64,000 bases of DNA from Takakia lepidozioides (lineage: Eukaryota > Plantae > Bryophyta), in NCBI GenBank assembly GCA_030704615.1, contig CM060734.1, positions 29,016,001 through 29,080,000 of the forward strand, given 5' to 3'. The position numbers were made by a program, and so were the translations under genes. Positions within the stretch are counted from its first letter, which is position 1, and each line of letters starts with the position of its first letter. Positions 24,981-38,286 of the stretch are shown here, piece by piece. Under the pieces are notes generated by a model. It worked only from the letters and a program-made list of their open reading frames with translations. It was not told where the DNA came from and ran no database searches.

Positions 24981-27130
24981 CAAAATTCATTTGGACCCAA
25001 AACCACAGTTTCTTCCCTGTTTTGCACTCCAAACTTGATTTGTGTTCTACTTCATGCACTCTTTCATAGAGAGTTCTGCAATAGTGAGCGAAGAGAACAC
25101 TTTTTTTTTGGGGCATTTTTTATTGGTCCAAATTTTGGTGGGGGAGTAGTGGTGGGATGTTGGAAGCCGCAGAACAAAATTGAGCCAAAAACAAAATCGA
25201 TACGTGCCAGAAACCCCCAATGAAAGGCAGTGCAAACCTATTTATTGGCTTAAAATTAATTTAAATTCAATTACATTATGGAATGGCTTAGTGTCGATGG
25301 GGAGGCAAATGATTTATTCGTCTGTTGTGTCTCCGCACATGTGTTGCACACATGTTCAAGCACGTGCGGGCAAAAGAGGGGCTTCAACCACATCCGTTCA
25401 ATGGGTGCAATAGCCGTGCACGCATTGCAGGATTTCTTTTTCGCAATAAGCAAAAACTAGATGACAATTGAACGCCTCATTGGCCCATCGAACGAATTTC
25501 GATTGATCTCATATTACACTGGGACCTATCAGAGGGTACATTGAACACACTGGCCAAGTCTCAAAGCGAACGAAAATCATTTGGATGGGCAACCATCCGT
25601 CGGCCCATTGAACGAATTTCGGTTGATCTCATATTACTCTGGGGCCACTTCCATGGCACATTGAACATACTGGCCAAGTCTCAAAGCGAACCAAAATCAT
25701 CTGGATGGCCAACCATCCGTTGCGCCATCGAATGAATTTCGATTGATCTGATATTAGTCCGGGACCTGTGAGAGGGTGTCTCAAACGTACTGGCAAAGTT
25801 TGGAAGCAAACAAAAATGATTTGGATGGGCAACCATCCGTTCACCCGTTGAATGTATTCCGCTGGATCTGCTATTGCTTGGGGACCTGTTGGACTGTGTT
25901 TCGCGTGCTCACGATTTTGTTTTTATTCGGTTTTTGAATGGGGCGTGTAATGTAGCCATATGCAACATGCGTGCCAAATTTGGGAGCGAACAAAATTCAT
26001 TTGGACCCAAAACCACAGTTTCTTCCCTGTTTTGCACTCCAAACTTGATTTGTGCTTAACTTCATGCACTCTTCATAGAGAGTTCGAAGAGAACACTTTT
26101 TTTTTGGGGCATTTTTTATTGGTCCAAATTTTGGCGGGGGAGTAGTGGTGGGATGTTGGAAGCCGCAGAACAAAATTGAGCCAAAAACAAAATCGATACG
26201 TGCCAGAAACCCCCAATGAAAGGCAGTGCAATCCTATTTATTGGCTTAAAATTAATTTAAATTCAATTACATTATGGAATGGCTTGGTGTCGATGGGGGA
26301 GGCAAATGATTTATTCATCTGTTGTGTCTCCACACATGTGTCGCACATATGTTCAAGCACATGCGGGCAAAAAAGGGGCTTCAACCACATCCGTTCAATT
26401 GGTGCAATAGCCGTGCACGCATTGCAGGATTTCTTTTTCGCAATGAACAAAAACCAGATGACAACTGAACGCCTCATTGGCCCATCGAACGAATTTCGAT
26501 TGATCTCATATTACATTGGGACCTATCAGAGGGTACATTGAACACACTGGCCAAGTCTCAAAGCGAACGAAAATCATTTGGATGGGCAACCATCCGTTGG
26601 CCCATTGAACAAATTTCGATTGATCTCATATTACTCTGGGGCTTCTTCCATGGTACATTGAAGATACAGGCCAAGTCTCAAAGCGAACCAAAATCATTTG
26701 GAGGCCAATGATTTATGCGTATGTTCATTTATTTGTGATTAATCGTTAATGGTGAAAAGAATAAACCAAAGGTTCATTGATCAAAAAAAATTTGAATGAT
26801 TTGAAATTTTGCCAGTATGTTCTACATGCCTCTTACATGGACCGGAGAAGTATGAGATCAATAAAAAATGGTTCACAGGAGGAACCAATGGTTACTTGAT
26901 GTGCCAATTTCTGAATGCTTTCAAACTTTGTCATTGCATTGTACATGCCCTCTTAAAGGTACCGAACAAGTATGAGTTCGATTTAAAATATTACAATGGG
27001 TGAAGCAATGGTATCTTCATTCAGCAATTTTTGATTGTTTTGAAACTTTGCCAGTATATTGTACATGCCGTCAAACAGGTACCGAACAAATATGAGGTCA
27101 TTCAAAAATGGTTCAAATGATGAACCTCGT
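24981..27130. repeat. ~720-bp direct duplication (24981-~25705, 25991-~26700) plus degenerate ~120-bp sub-repeats
   Basis: Near-identical blocks 1010 bp apart. Recurring 'ggcccattgaacgaatttcgattgatctcatattac' units, with related units at ~6940-7210. Confidence 0.85.
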
Positions 27131-27223
27131 ATTTCCAAAAATTACGTAGACTATACAGTGGGTTGCACATTTAAGTTTTCGCAACCTGAGACCTTTGGCC
27201 TACTCCCTACGTTTCTAGCCTTT

Positions 27224-29786
27224 CTAGTCATCTTCATCTAGATTTATTACTTCGTTGTCGTCATCTCCAGATGTTGATGAAGATGCTCCGGGTGTAGAGG
27301 ACGTGCCTCCACCAGTACGGAGAGCTCGAGCCTGGGCTCGAGTGGTCAAAGAAGGACCCAGTGTTGTGTGGTCCACCCTTGCCATCATGCGTAGCGTTCT
27401 AGGTGAGTGCTGACTCTCTTCCACATTTGCCAGAGCCGGGTGTGTCGCTCTTGCTACGGCGGCATGCAATTTTTCAATTAAATCCGATATGTTTGGAAGT
27501 GACAAGAACACCCCTGGAATAGGGGCAACTTGGTCACGCCATGTGTTCTGCCAATACTTTTCCACAGTCGTGATGACAGAAATTGTCCAACACCTCCTCC
27601 TGCTAGGGGTCTCTGCGCAACTCTTGAAGAAATGGCCCATCATCCCGACGAGGCACCCAGTACGTCTCATTCATATCCTCCCAACGGATGCTAGCGGCCT
27701 CCAACTCCCTCAGAAATAGGTCTCTCCCAATCGGTTCGCGATTGTATGGGTCGTTTTCCGCTGGAACCCACGGATCCTCAGGCAGTCGGAAGAATCTTTG
27801 TCTGGTACAGCTCCAATGCCCTCCCAAATTCCGGCAAAAAAGCTCCATTTGGACTGGGTCCCGTATGCCTCTAGCACACACGGTTATTTCCCAGTTGGAT
27901 GTCACCCAAAAGGTCACCGGATCTTTAACCCTAGTTAACGTCTTTGCATCCAAGGCATGCATCTCTCTTGGAGCATCCCATGTCATTGTCTCCCCCCAGT
28001 GCTGCCAATTTAAAAAATCATAAGGCGATACATCCAATGGCATGTTGTACCAGTTGTACTCGTATCCCGTGGGTATATTGTCTTGCAACCCAAACAACTC
28101 GTAGAAATGTCGATGGATTGGTCCACGGCAGCCAGGGCATTGGCTGGCTCGCATGGCTGCCGATATGAGACATGTGGGATGGAACAAATGGCCACATGAG
28201 CCAAGCATATAGCCTCCCTCCGGTCCATAAGGGTTTATGCACATTGTGCACACCGTACCATCTGTTACCCATGACGCTGGATTGCTCTGTGGTATCCACG
28301 TCCGTTTATCCTCATTAATGTAGGATGACATCCTCGGCCTGGTATCCCACTCCTCCTCTACTTCCAAATCCCAGTTTATGCTGTTATTGGTATCGAAAAT
28401 TGTATGCACACAGTGTTCAAACATGGCATGCACATCACCCCATGTGGTGAATCCAGTGTACTTCGACGTGAATACATCACGCACAGTGTCGTGCCTTTGC
28501 AAATTAACATAGATGTTATCTACGCTTCGATTCGAAAAACGTGCTGCACGTTGGAGGGAGGACAACGCTTCTTCTATCCGTGTTTCCCGCGATGCTAGAT
28601 GGCCCGCCCATGTCACCCAATTCCGCCAATTCCCCTTCAACCATGGCCACGATCGGATTTGCATGACACTTGAGTACCGATATGCAACAGCCCTAGCTTG
28701 CTCGCGTTCCCCCATAAGCTGCTCTAATTCCTGTTCTTGGGCCAATGTAATTTGCACGGCTGAACATTCCCCAGTTTCCACTATGGGGTCCTTCCCTTTT
28801 CTTGCCCTCTCCGCCGCAAGTCTTTCTTCCTCAACCCTCGCCGGGTCCAGTTCAGACGTTTGCACTTCATTCCCATGCCCGATTGAGTCAACCCCGTCGA
28901 TGACGCGGTCAATGTCCATTGGTGGCATATTCAAACGCGCCAATATGTCTTGCTCATTGGTGATTGGCCTCGGGTCCTAAAGCACACCGCGTACGCTGTC
29001 GAGAGTCCCCAACCCCATTCTTTCCAGCAACTTCGCTAGTTGCCACCGTTACAAATGAACAATGTCCTGCAGGTCTTTGATGTGTTGTTCATGTGCGGCC
29101 AACTGTTCCTCCAACAGAGAGCGTACCTCGCCCCCCTCCACCTCAGACGTTGAAGGCCCGGCTGCGGAGACCTGTTGCGGCGTATAATCTGGAGGTTGGT
29201 CTGCATTTCCTCCTCCTTCCATATCGTCGTTTCCATCCGCATTTCCTCTTTCTTCCACCTCGTCGTTTCCATCGAACCGTATGATGTCCTGCCCCTGACG
29301 TATATACAAGTCTGGGATATCAGAGAACATGTATAGTCTAGTACGCTGTCTCGCAGTAGCAGTTTGCCAATCCACTGGTTGCAATAAAATCAACTCTGTG
29401 TACAACATGGCCGCAAATAAATATGGGACCTTGTTGTTGACGAGCGGTTGACCCCACAATGTTGTATGTACCTCCTCTGCCCTGTGGCGGAAATGCGGGT
29501 TGGCGCAGGAATGCAAGCTAGCTTGATTTTGTTTGGTTTGTGGATCATGCCTATCTCTGGGCCACAAACGATTTATGTGACACCAGTCCACAAATTTCCT
29601 GCAGTCACCAAGCGACCACCGCTGCCCCAACTTCCAAACTTCCCAACCTGGTTCTGCAAGAATGTTGGGGTCATTGTATATGTCCCAACGAAGTTCGCGC
29701 CTGGCCTTTTTTGGTTTTTTTTTGGGAGGTCCAGGTTCATTATCGTCATCCCTGGGATGACCTCCTTTATCTTCCTCCTCCGCCAT
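27224..29786 (-). pseudogene. RING-H2 finger protein (putative E3 ligase), probably one frameshifted intronless gene
   Basis: CTMC..CGHLFHPTC..CPGCR in ORF 27603-28943. Upstream ORF 29049-29786 (PPKKKPKKARR NLS-like) and downstream ORF 27224-27670 lie close by on the same strand. TATA-like CTTATAAG at ~30148. Confidence 0.75.
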
Positions 29787-30214
29787 TTATGGCTTTGGCT
29801 TACCCCTACTCGACAGGTGTTTGCTAAGAAAAATGCTCTCCCAATTCTCCTAAATTGTACCTAATCCTACTCCCTAATGAATCCTCCCCAAGTACTAGAG
29901 GCACGTGTCACTCCCTCGGCAGTTCTAAGTGATATGACGCAATGTGCAATGAAAAAAACGTGGGTGCTAGAGGAGGGCTTCCCGGGAGGTACTCAGCATC
30001 GATTTCGTAGAATCCAACGGCCCAGAATACCCCCACCCAACCAATAGCACCCCTCTCCACTTGGACTCAATGACAAGGAATGCAACATCCCATCGCCCAC
30101 CAAGTCCTGGTGTGGAGAAAAGTGAGGGAGAGAATGGCCTCCAAGGCCTTATAAGCCCCCCCTCCACACTCGGGGCGCGCGCTGTCATCATGATTGTGCA
30201 CGCTATTAATAGCT

Positions 30215-30990
30215 GCGACCGCCAGCAGGGGTGGTCACATCTTTTTTTCTTTTTTTTATTACGTGCGACCACCAGCAGGGGGGTGGTCGCAGATTTGTTT
30301 ATGTTTTTTAATGGGTGCGACCACCAGCAGGGGGGTGGTCACAGATTTTTTTATTTTTTTTAATGGGTGCGACCACCAGCATGGGGGTGGTCGCAGATTT
30401 TTTTTTTATAAAATCAGTAGGGAGGTGGTCGCATAATTTATTTATTTTTAATAGGCGCGACCACCAGCAGAGGGGTGGTCGCAGAAATTTTGTTTAAAAC
30501 AAATAGGTGCGACCACCATCTGCTGGTGGTCGCACTATTTTCCTTTTCTTTAATGGATGCGACCACCAGCAGGGGGGTGGTCGCATAATTTTTCGATTTT
30601 TCAATATCTACCAACAGTCAGTAGCTTAGTTGGTTAAGTGCACTGAGTGCGACCCGGACGATTCTGGGGTCAAATCTTGCTATTTGATGGGTGTAGTATG
30701 GTTCGTGTGTGGTGCCCCATTCCTACGCCTCTTGGCGCATAAATGAAAGAGGTTATTTTCTCCTCTCACTACTAAGGGGCCTGATTTGTGAGCTGTCGCT
30801 TCCAGGTGTTTCCCAAAATAAAATAAAATAAAATCTGCGACCACCAGCAGGGGTAATCAGTAAATCAGTAAATAGGTGCGACTACCAGCAGGGGGGTGGT
30901 CGCAACATTTTTCTTTTATTCTAACAGTTGCGACGACCGTTACTGGTGGTCACACAATTGTTTTTTTAAAAATAGGTGCGACCACCAAGA
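30215..30990. repeat. Internal array of GCGACCACCAGCAGGGGGTGGTCGCA palindromes
   Basis: About 10 copies immediately upstream of the RING gene's putative promoter. Confidence 0.85.
30610..30834 (+). mobile_element. tRNA-derived SINE (same family as 7829-8068, more diverged)
   Basis: A box GTAGCTTAGTTGG, degenerate B box GGGGTCAAATC, shared 3' 'ggcctgatttgtgagc..ttccaggt', (AAAAT)n tail. Confidence 0.65.
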
Positions 30991-31469
30991 GGTTGGTCCC
31001 CTTGCACCTGTATGTATGTTTGGAGGAGCAGAAGAAAAACACATGTATCGACTCCCCATGGATTTGTGAAGGGGAAGATGAATGTTGGGAGCTGCACCTG
31101 GCTTGTGTGGCTTTCGAAACCATAATAGGAAATCAACAATGTAAAGGTAATGACGAAACATAAACACACGCACAACCACCAAACCCTTTCTTGGATACAC
31201 ATATTCCACAATTTTTATTTCCGTACACGTATGCATGTACCTAAACTGAAACATGGATATCCATGGAAACATACTATACATCATGTGACAGGTCACAGAA
31301 GTTATAGCTGTACCTAATTCCGTCTGGCACGACGATGATGGTATGATCTCACGTCTAGTACAAAATCTTCGTCCCCACTTACTTCACCCCCGTTCCCATG
31401 ATCAGTGCTAGAATTATGATCTCCATCTGTTCTTTCGTTTCCAGAGGCAACTGGCCGTTGGACCTGTAG

Positions 31470-34290
31470 TCATCCTCGGAGTACGTTCAGTTGTCTCTCT
31501 GGTCGATTTCCACTCCTATCATGAATACCATCTAGGGTATCAGGCCCGTTCACAGGTCGGTCACCAACAAAAGGTTGCACAATTCTTTGCCGTTTCTGGG
31601 CTTGTCCCGGATTTCGTGGTGGCCTTGGAGCAGGTCTCGTATGAGGAAGGCTACTCGCACGTACATCAGAGGGGCCGACATGAGAGGAAGGGGCATGAGA
31701 TGGACCAGCGAGGGTCGAGGGAGCACGGTTCACATGCGGACGTCGTCGGGCCAGATGAAACGACAATGGCCAGTCGTCGTCATCATCCGATGGTTCGACT
31801 TGCAGAAGTCCTGCAGCAGAAGAACCATCTCCCAGGATCGGAGTAGCGATGGAAGGAATTACATGAGGGGGAGAGAGACTAGATGGACCAGTATGGGATG
31901 GACCGACTTGAGAAAGAGAAACATGAGATGGAGCGGGGTGAGATGAAGTACGGTTCACAGGGGCACGATGTCGGTGAAAGAATGACAACGGCCGGTTGTC
32001 ATCATCCGACTATTCGACCTGCACATCTCCCGCAGTCCGTGGAACTCGTGGTGGGGGAGAGTTGACCTCAACTTCATTGTTGAGAGTGTGCTCCATTGGG
32101 GGAAAGGGGTCCGCAATTGAGATGACACCTTGTCGCAGTTCATCAACAACAAGGTCATCGAATGATAAATGCATTGCAGCATCATCGTCATTAAATTCAT
32201 ATGGGTCATGTGGAGGATTGCCCACATCATCAGACCCATCCCAACCGTCGGAGTCGGAGTCCCTCGCGGCGTCAGTGTCATCATTGCTGCTAGATTGGAC
32301 CTCTGAGGTAGATTCTTCAGACAACAGATTCTTCTCGTACCATGCAGATGCGTCACTTGCTTTCATCTCTCGTAGTAGCCTACAATTCGTGTAGACATAA
32401 ACCAATTTGTCAGCCCTGGCAGGATTCAACCTGTTGCGAATCTTGTTGTGAACAAACGAGTAACTGCTCCAGTTCCGCTCATAGGATGAGGCAGAGCACA
32501 CTTGAGCAAGAATACGCTTTGCAATGGGAGCTAACGTTCTTGCTCCAGCTCCAATCAGATCCCACCATTCATGTGACAACATGTTCATTGTTTTTGGATC
32601 CGGCATTCTGCCGATCCGAGAAGCACTGGTACTCGGACAACGCTCGCTCTGTCATGTTCAAGGGCGCAAGTTGCATGATGACCCGTACAAGCCCGGCTTT
32701 GGCATCCACATCGTCTCTCAAATCCGTATTGTCCAACAAGAATGGATTCAGCAAGGCCCCTGCATAATGCAAGTCCGTGCGAACCATCCGTTTGCGGTCG
32801 TAAAATGAATCCTCGGTCCTTGCCGCCAAATCATCGTCCATAGAAAATGGAGGACGCCTCAAGGATTGCACGTGCTTCTCAAGGTTTTCCAATATCAACC
32901 ATGCTTTACCCATTATTGGTTATTTTCCATCAAACTCCCGCAAAGCAATCAACACCGGCTCCACCATGTACACAAAATTTGCACATTTCGCCCGGAAATC
33001 GTCGGAGCGAATGATTGCGCGGACCCTCCGACTTTTGTTCAAAGACTTGGACTTACGAGAGTCGCGTAAGGTGCCCACACATGCATCCCATTGAGGGTCA
33101 ATGATCACCTGCTCCAGACCCAGTCACCAGTCGATCCACCATCAAAAAGTTTGTGGCAAAGCGGGTTTCACCACCCGGGTTCCTAAGGCTGTATTTGGGT
33201 TCATGCTTTCTAAACAATGCCAGAGGGATGTGATGTGTACGAATGGACGTCACAACCGACTTTGCCTTTTTTACTAGTTGTTTCATCCATGATTTTTTTC
33301 CCCAATCCTCCAAAAGAAGATCAAAGATATGAGCAGCACACCCTTGGTAATATAGATGGGGATATCGTACAATCAAAATATCGGCCATATAAACCATGTT
33401 AGATGCATTGTCCGTGCACACTTGGACAATTTTATTAGCTCCAATTTTATCGATGTAACTCGTCAACAACCCTGCTTGATAACGTGCATCTTTTCTCTCC
33501 CCGCTTGTGTCAACGGATCCCAAAAATTGTTCCCCCGCAGGACAGACCAACATGACATTGAACAGTGGTTGATTAGTAACAGAACTCCAACCGCCCTCAC
33601 ATATAGTGCTTTCATATTTCCGGAGAGAATCACCTGTCTTTTCATTTACCTTTTGGGTGAGGTCAGACATAGCCTCTTCTAGCAATCCTGTGCGGATATC
33701 GCGATAACTCGGAGGCGTGTATGTGGACTTGGAATCAGACGTGGCTTTGACAGCAGCCACAAACGCATGAAGCCTCGAGACATTGAACGGAACATTGGCC
33801 TCGTAGAAAAATTGGGCCCACTTCTTATCCAGAGTCCTCTTGTGCAACAAATTTAAGCCTTCTTGCATTGATTGTTGCCTCAATGGTCTGGTCCGTACAA
33901 GTGCTGGCGTACAATCGGGTGTTGCTCCTGACCCACCGGCTTCTCCACGAACAGTAGACGCCTCGCAAGAATCCCTTGGGTACAACTCTGAGGGACAGTT
34001 TGATTCGAACCTGGAGTGTTTAGCTCAGAAGCCGCGGCCACATCAAGAGACGGTGGGATATTGCCTCCACATTGGGCAAAGTGGGCTTTCACTCGCATGG
34101 AGGCTTTTGGGCACAAACTAACCCCTGCATTCTTTCCATCTCTGTAGCCGAGGTGATATAACATGCGATCTTTGCGACCCGCCAGCTTCAATGCACAAAG
34201 ATTGCATTGAACACCATCCTTTTTGTGCGGGTCTATGGTGAACCAAGGGATCCACTCCTTCCTCATCCTTATACCCAAAACCCTAACCAC
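31470..34290 (-). pseudogene. hAT transposase (BED finger, DUF659-type core, dimerisation domain, Pro/Ser-rich tail), frameshifted
   Basis: W..F..CNLC..RMLYHL (BED); FFYEANVPFN, PPSY, EGGWS (DGW degenerate), QVCTDNASNM, CAAH, TRFAT, EWW, SASSYERNWS, KIRNRL..KLVYVYTN. Confidence 0.93.
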
Positions 34291-34609
34291 AGACTTAAGG
34301 TTGAACGAAGAACACTAGTGTACTTGGTAGATTTGTCAAGAGCAATAGAAGTTAGAACAGAATGTGATGGCCCAACACTACGGCGTCAATCCAAGTGGAT
34401 CAATGCACCATGTAGTATTGTGCTTTTCGACAATTTGCTACAATGACTCTGGTGGAAGCCACAACAGCAAAAAGTCCGCACCCTCCTCTTGGGCTTACAC
34501 TTGCTCAAGGAATAGAGAACATTCACTCGCCACAAAACAATTGAGGGGCATTGGGACCACCTTATATACCCTCCAGCCTCCAAGTCCCGCTCGACGAATC
34601 ACATCCAAT

Positions 34610-35195
34610 GCTGCGACCGCTCCAAGTCGCACGAGGAAGTCGCATGTTTTTTTTAAAAAAAAACTGCTGCGACCACCCTCATGCTCGTGGTTGCACCTAT
34701 TAAAAAAAAGAAAAATGTTGCGACCACCCCCATGCTCGTGGTCACAGAGATTTTTTTAAAATATAAATATAAATATATATAAATTCTGCGACCACCCCCG
34801 CCGGTGGTCGCACCTATTAAAAAAATGAAAATGCTGCAACCACCCCCATGCTCGTGGTCACAGAGAATATTTTTTAAAAACAAAAAATAAATAAAAATAA
34901 AAATAAAAATCTGCGACCACCTCCTTGCTAGTGATCGCAGATATTAAAAAATAGAAAAATGTTGCGACCACCCCCCTGATGGTGGTCGCACCTATTACAA
35001 ATAAAATAAAAATTGTGCGACCACCAGTAGCGGTGGTCGCAACTGTTTAAGAAAAGAAAAAAATGCGACCACCCCTGCTGGTGGTCGCATCTATTTTTAA
35101 AAAACAAAAAATGCTGGACAACCCTTTTGCTGGTGGTCACAACCATTAAAAAATAAGATAAATTCTGCAACCACCACCATTTGGAGGTCGCACCA
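34610..35195. repeat. Right subterminal GCGACCACC palindrome array
   Basis: About 10 copies between the transposase TATA-like site (CTTATATACC, ~34561) and the right terminus. Confidence 0.85.
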
Positions 35196-36346
35196 ATTTA
35201 ACAATAATGATTTAAAAATGACCTCAACTATTGGCGGATGAAGTAATTTATAAAACAATTCATTCACTTGCCAAGGTGTAGCTTGGAATACAACATGCCC
35301 ACCTACGTGCCATATTTTTCACCTAACTCATGTTTTACTGATTTTTCGGCAAAACTGACGTGATGTTGGTCGCATCAGCGTCAGATCCGACGTGACGTCA
35401 CTGACGTGTGCAACCCTGCTCACCTGTGCCCGTCCCAAAAATAACCACAACGCATTGTGAGTTAGTGAGGATGCACGAGGTGAGTAGCAGGCTTCCACAC
35501 TTGCTATCGAGGTCAAATACACTTCAATCTAAGCGCAGAGAATGCCAAAGAAAGCAAGGAAGAAAAAAAAAAACAGAATTTTATTTTATTTTTTTTACTG
35601 TTTGGGGGAGAGTCGTCATCTCTCCACTAGCCTAACCGTGCAGGGAGGACTCCGCTAGCACCACAACACTGCTACCTTAACCAAAGCAAAGTCTTGTCAA
35701 GCACAAGAAAAAAGAGCTTGGTCTCAAAAGGTAGGGTTTATATAGGGACGGACGTTGTCCGTTTCTTATTCGCGGAAGATGAAAGACATGCGTTCACCCT
35801 GTCTTGAACTCGACGGATACAGTCCGCTTTTCATCTAGGTTAGATGAAAAACATTGGGGGATTTTGTTTTTTAAAAACTTTTTTATACCTGTCTTGCCCC
35901 ATATTGAGGTCCTGTCAGACGAAGTCTTTTTTTCATCCAGGTTGGATTGAAAAAACTGACGGGAGTTTTGTAATCAGTATATTCCGGTTTGATGTTCGGA
36001 TGAAGCAAAAAACCTCACAGGTATTTAGTGAAGAAATGTGTCACTAGGCAAAAAATGTATTTTGGATGAAAAACATCCAAAATTCCTTGCAACCCAATTT
36101 TTTCAATTTTTTCAAAAATAGAAGTCGGGACAACAATTCCATAAACCCAGTTTCCAGAGGGAGAGAGAGGGAGAGAGAGGGAAAGGGGGGGGGGGGGAGT
36201 GACTGAGCAGCAGCTGCTCAGTCACTCCACCCCCCCACATTTTCTTTTTTTTCTTGCACCTCTCTCCCTCTCTCTTTCCTTCTCTCTCCATCTCTCTCCC
36301 TCTCTTCTGCCCCCTCTTTGATTTTATTTTTTTTGTGGGGAGTGAC

Positions 36347-36349
<3 letters not shown>

Positions 36350-36436
<87 letters not shown>
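36350..36436. repeat. (GA)n microsatellite
   Basis: Uninterrupted AG dinucleotide run. Confidence 0.95.
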
Positions 36437-36441
<5 letters not shown>

Positions 36442-37786
36442 GGGCGAGACGAGCAAACAAAAACAAAAATGGTGGGGGGGGAGGGGGGGGGGGGTTGTGA
36501 CTGAGGAGCTGCTGCTGCTCAGTCAGCCCCCCCACCTTTTTTTAATTTTTCTTACACCCTCTCTGGTGGGGCGGAGCTGAGAGCAGCACCACTTGCTACT
36601 CTCAGCCCCCCAACATGTTTTTTTTTTTTTTTTTGGATCTGGAATGTAGAGATTGTTTCGTGGTGAGGCCAACTTTTGGGTTTGCATGACAGGTGCCAGG
36701 CTTATGGGGAAAGAGAAGAAGTCCCCTGCCCCAAAGAAAGGGGCGAAGAACCCGTTTGCTCTGCCGGCACGTGTGACGCAAGCTGGCGTCTCACGGTTAA
36801 CCAGCCCCGTCGATAGCCGCAACCGGAGGGCTCCTCTGCCCCCTGAGGCTAGCCCCCCCCTCTTGTCCCCGTCTTGGATTCGCCAAGGGCCGGCTCAGCC
36901 ATCTCTCCTATTTGGGAGGTTGTTGCTGGGCCGGATGCTCAGTTGAGCACACAACCGGCCACCAAGACGGGTGAGATGTACCTTGGCAAGCGCATCACCC
37001 GTTCGGGGCCCGGTTCGGGCAACTTTTGGATGTCACCCCTATATAGACCCCTTCCTCCGCAGCGAAGGCCGCACTTGTCGCGGCCCTTTGCCTTGAGGGC
37101 AGGGGGTCGGGACACATGAGGGGCTGCCCCTGTGGTGGGGGCAGCGGTAGCGATAGGTATGGGGGCTGAAGCACCCTTGAGTGCCCAAGGCACTCAAGGA
37201 AGCGGAGGCGCTCACTAGGTGGAGCCCCGCACACCGGGTTGCGGTGGGGGTGGCTCCACAAGGGGTGGTGGTAGCTTAGCGGGACTTAGTGGGGGTGGCA
37301 TAGGACTCACCATGGGGGCAGAGACCTCGTGGTGGGAGTCGTGGGGAGTCTTGGGACTCATCACGGTCCATAGGGGCCGTGGGAGAGGGCCAAGACTCAC
37401 CGCGACTCATCACCGGGAGTCGAGGATTTTCGTGGTGGTTCGCCATAAAATGGCATGGCTGGTTGTAAAACCCCCGCGGACAGCTACAGAAGTATATATA
37501 GGGAGTAGGAACCCCGAGAACGGTGCAAGCCCGTTGGTGACCAAAAACTAGTGAGTAAGCGAGCGAGCCGGAAAGCGACCAAAGAGTGGGGAGCTGTTCC
37601 GGACTGCCATCTACCAAAGGGAATTCTCCTAGTCCCAAATAGGTGGAGGGTTTAGTGGGGAGCGAAGGGGGACCGTTATGTCCCGGTGAGCAGCCGAAGC
37701 TCCAAGTTGGCCCGGGCGGCCAGGTTGGGAGTTAGGCGCGCGCATCAAGCGAGTAACTATGACTTGAAGGGGAGCTTACCGAAGTG

Positions 37787-38286
37787 NNNNNNNNNNNNNN
37801 NNNNNNNNNNNNNNNNNNNNNNNNNNNNNNNNNNNNNNNNNNNNNNNNNNNNNNNNNNNNNNNNNNNNNNNNNNNNNNNNNNNNNNNNNNNNNNNNNNNN
37901 NNNNNNNNNNNNNNNNNNNNNNNNNNNNNNNNNNNNNNNNNNNNNNNNNNNNNNNNNNNNNNNNNNNNNNNNNNNNNNNNNNNNNNNNNNNNNNNNNNNN
38001 NNNNNNNNNNNNNNNNNNNNNNNNNNNNNNNNNNNNNNNNNNNNNNNNNNNNNNNNNNNNNNNNNNNNNNNNNNNNNNNNNNNNNNNNNNNNNNNNNNNN
38101 NNNNNNNNNNNNNNNNNNNNNNNNNNNNNNNNNNNNNNNNNNNNNNNNNNNNNNNNNNNNNNNNNNNNNNNNNNNNNNNNNNNNNNNNNNNNNNNNNNNN
38201 NNNNNNNNNNNNNNNNNNNNNNNNNNNNNNNNNNNNNNNNNNNNNNNNNNNNNNNNNNNNNNNNNNNNNNNNNNNNNNNNNNNNNN
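37787..38286. other. Assembly gap (500 N)
   Basis: N run flanked by an identical 62-bp sequence (37725-37786 and 38287-38348). Confidence 0.97.

Larger units (their letters stand above)
21611..35418 (-). mobile_element. Large cargo-carrying hAT DNA transposon (~13.8 kb)
   Basis: Perfect 8-bp TSD CTCACCTG at 21603-21610 and 35419-35426. Imperfect TIRs CCTAGTTGCA / CAGGGTTGCA. ACGT-rich ends, subterminal GCGACC palindrome arrays and an internal hAT transposase. Confidence 0.9.

Noticed and set aside
36112-36580. Poly-ER / poly-LS ORFs
   Set aside because: Derived from the (GA)n microsatellite.
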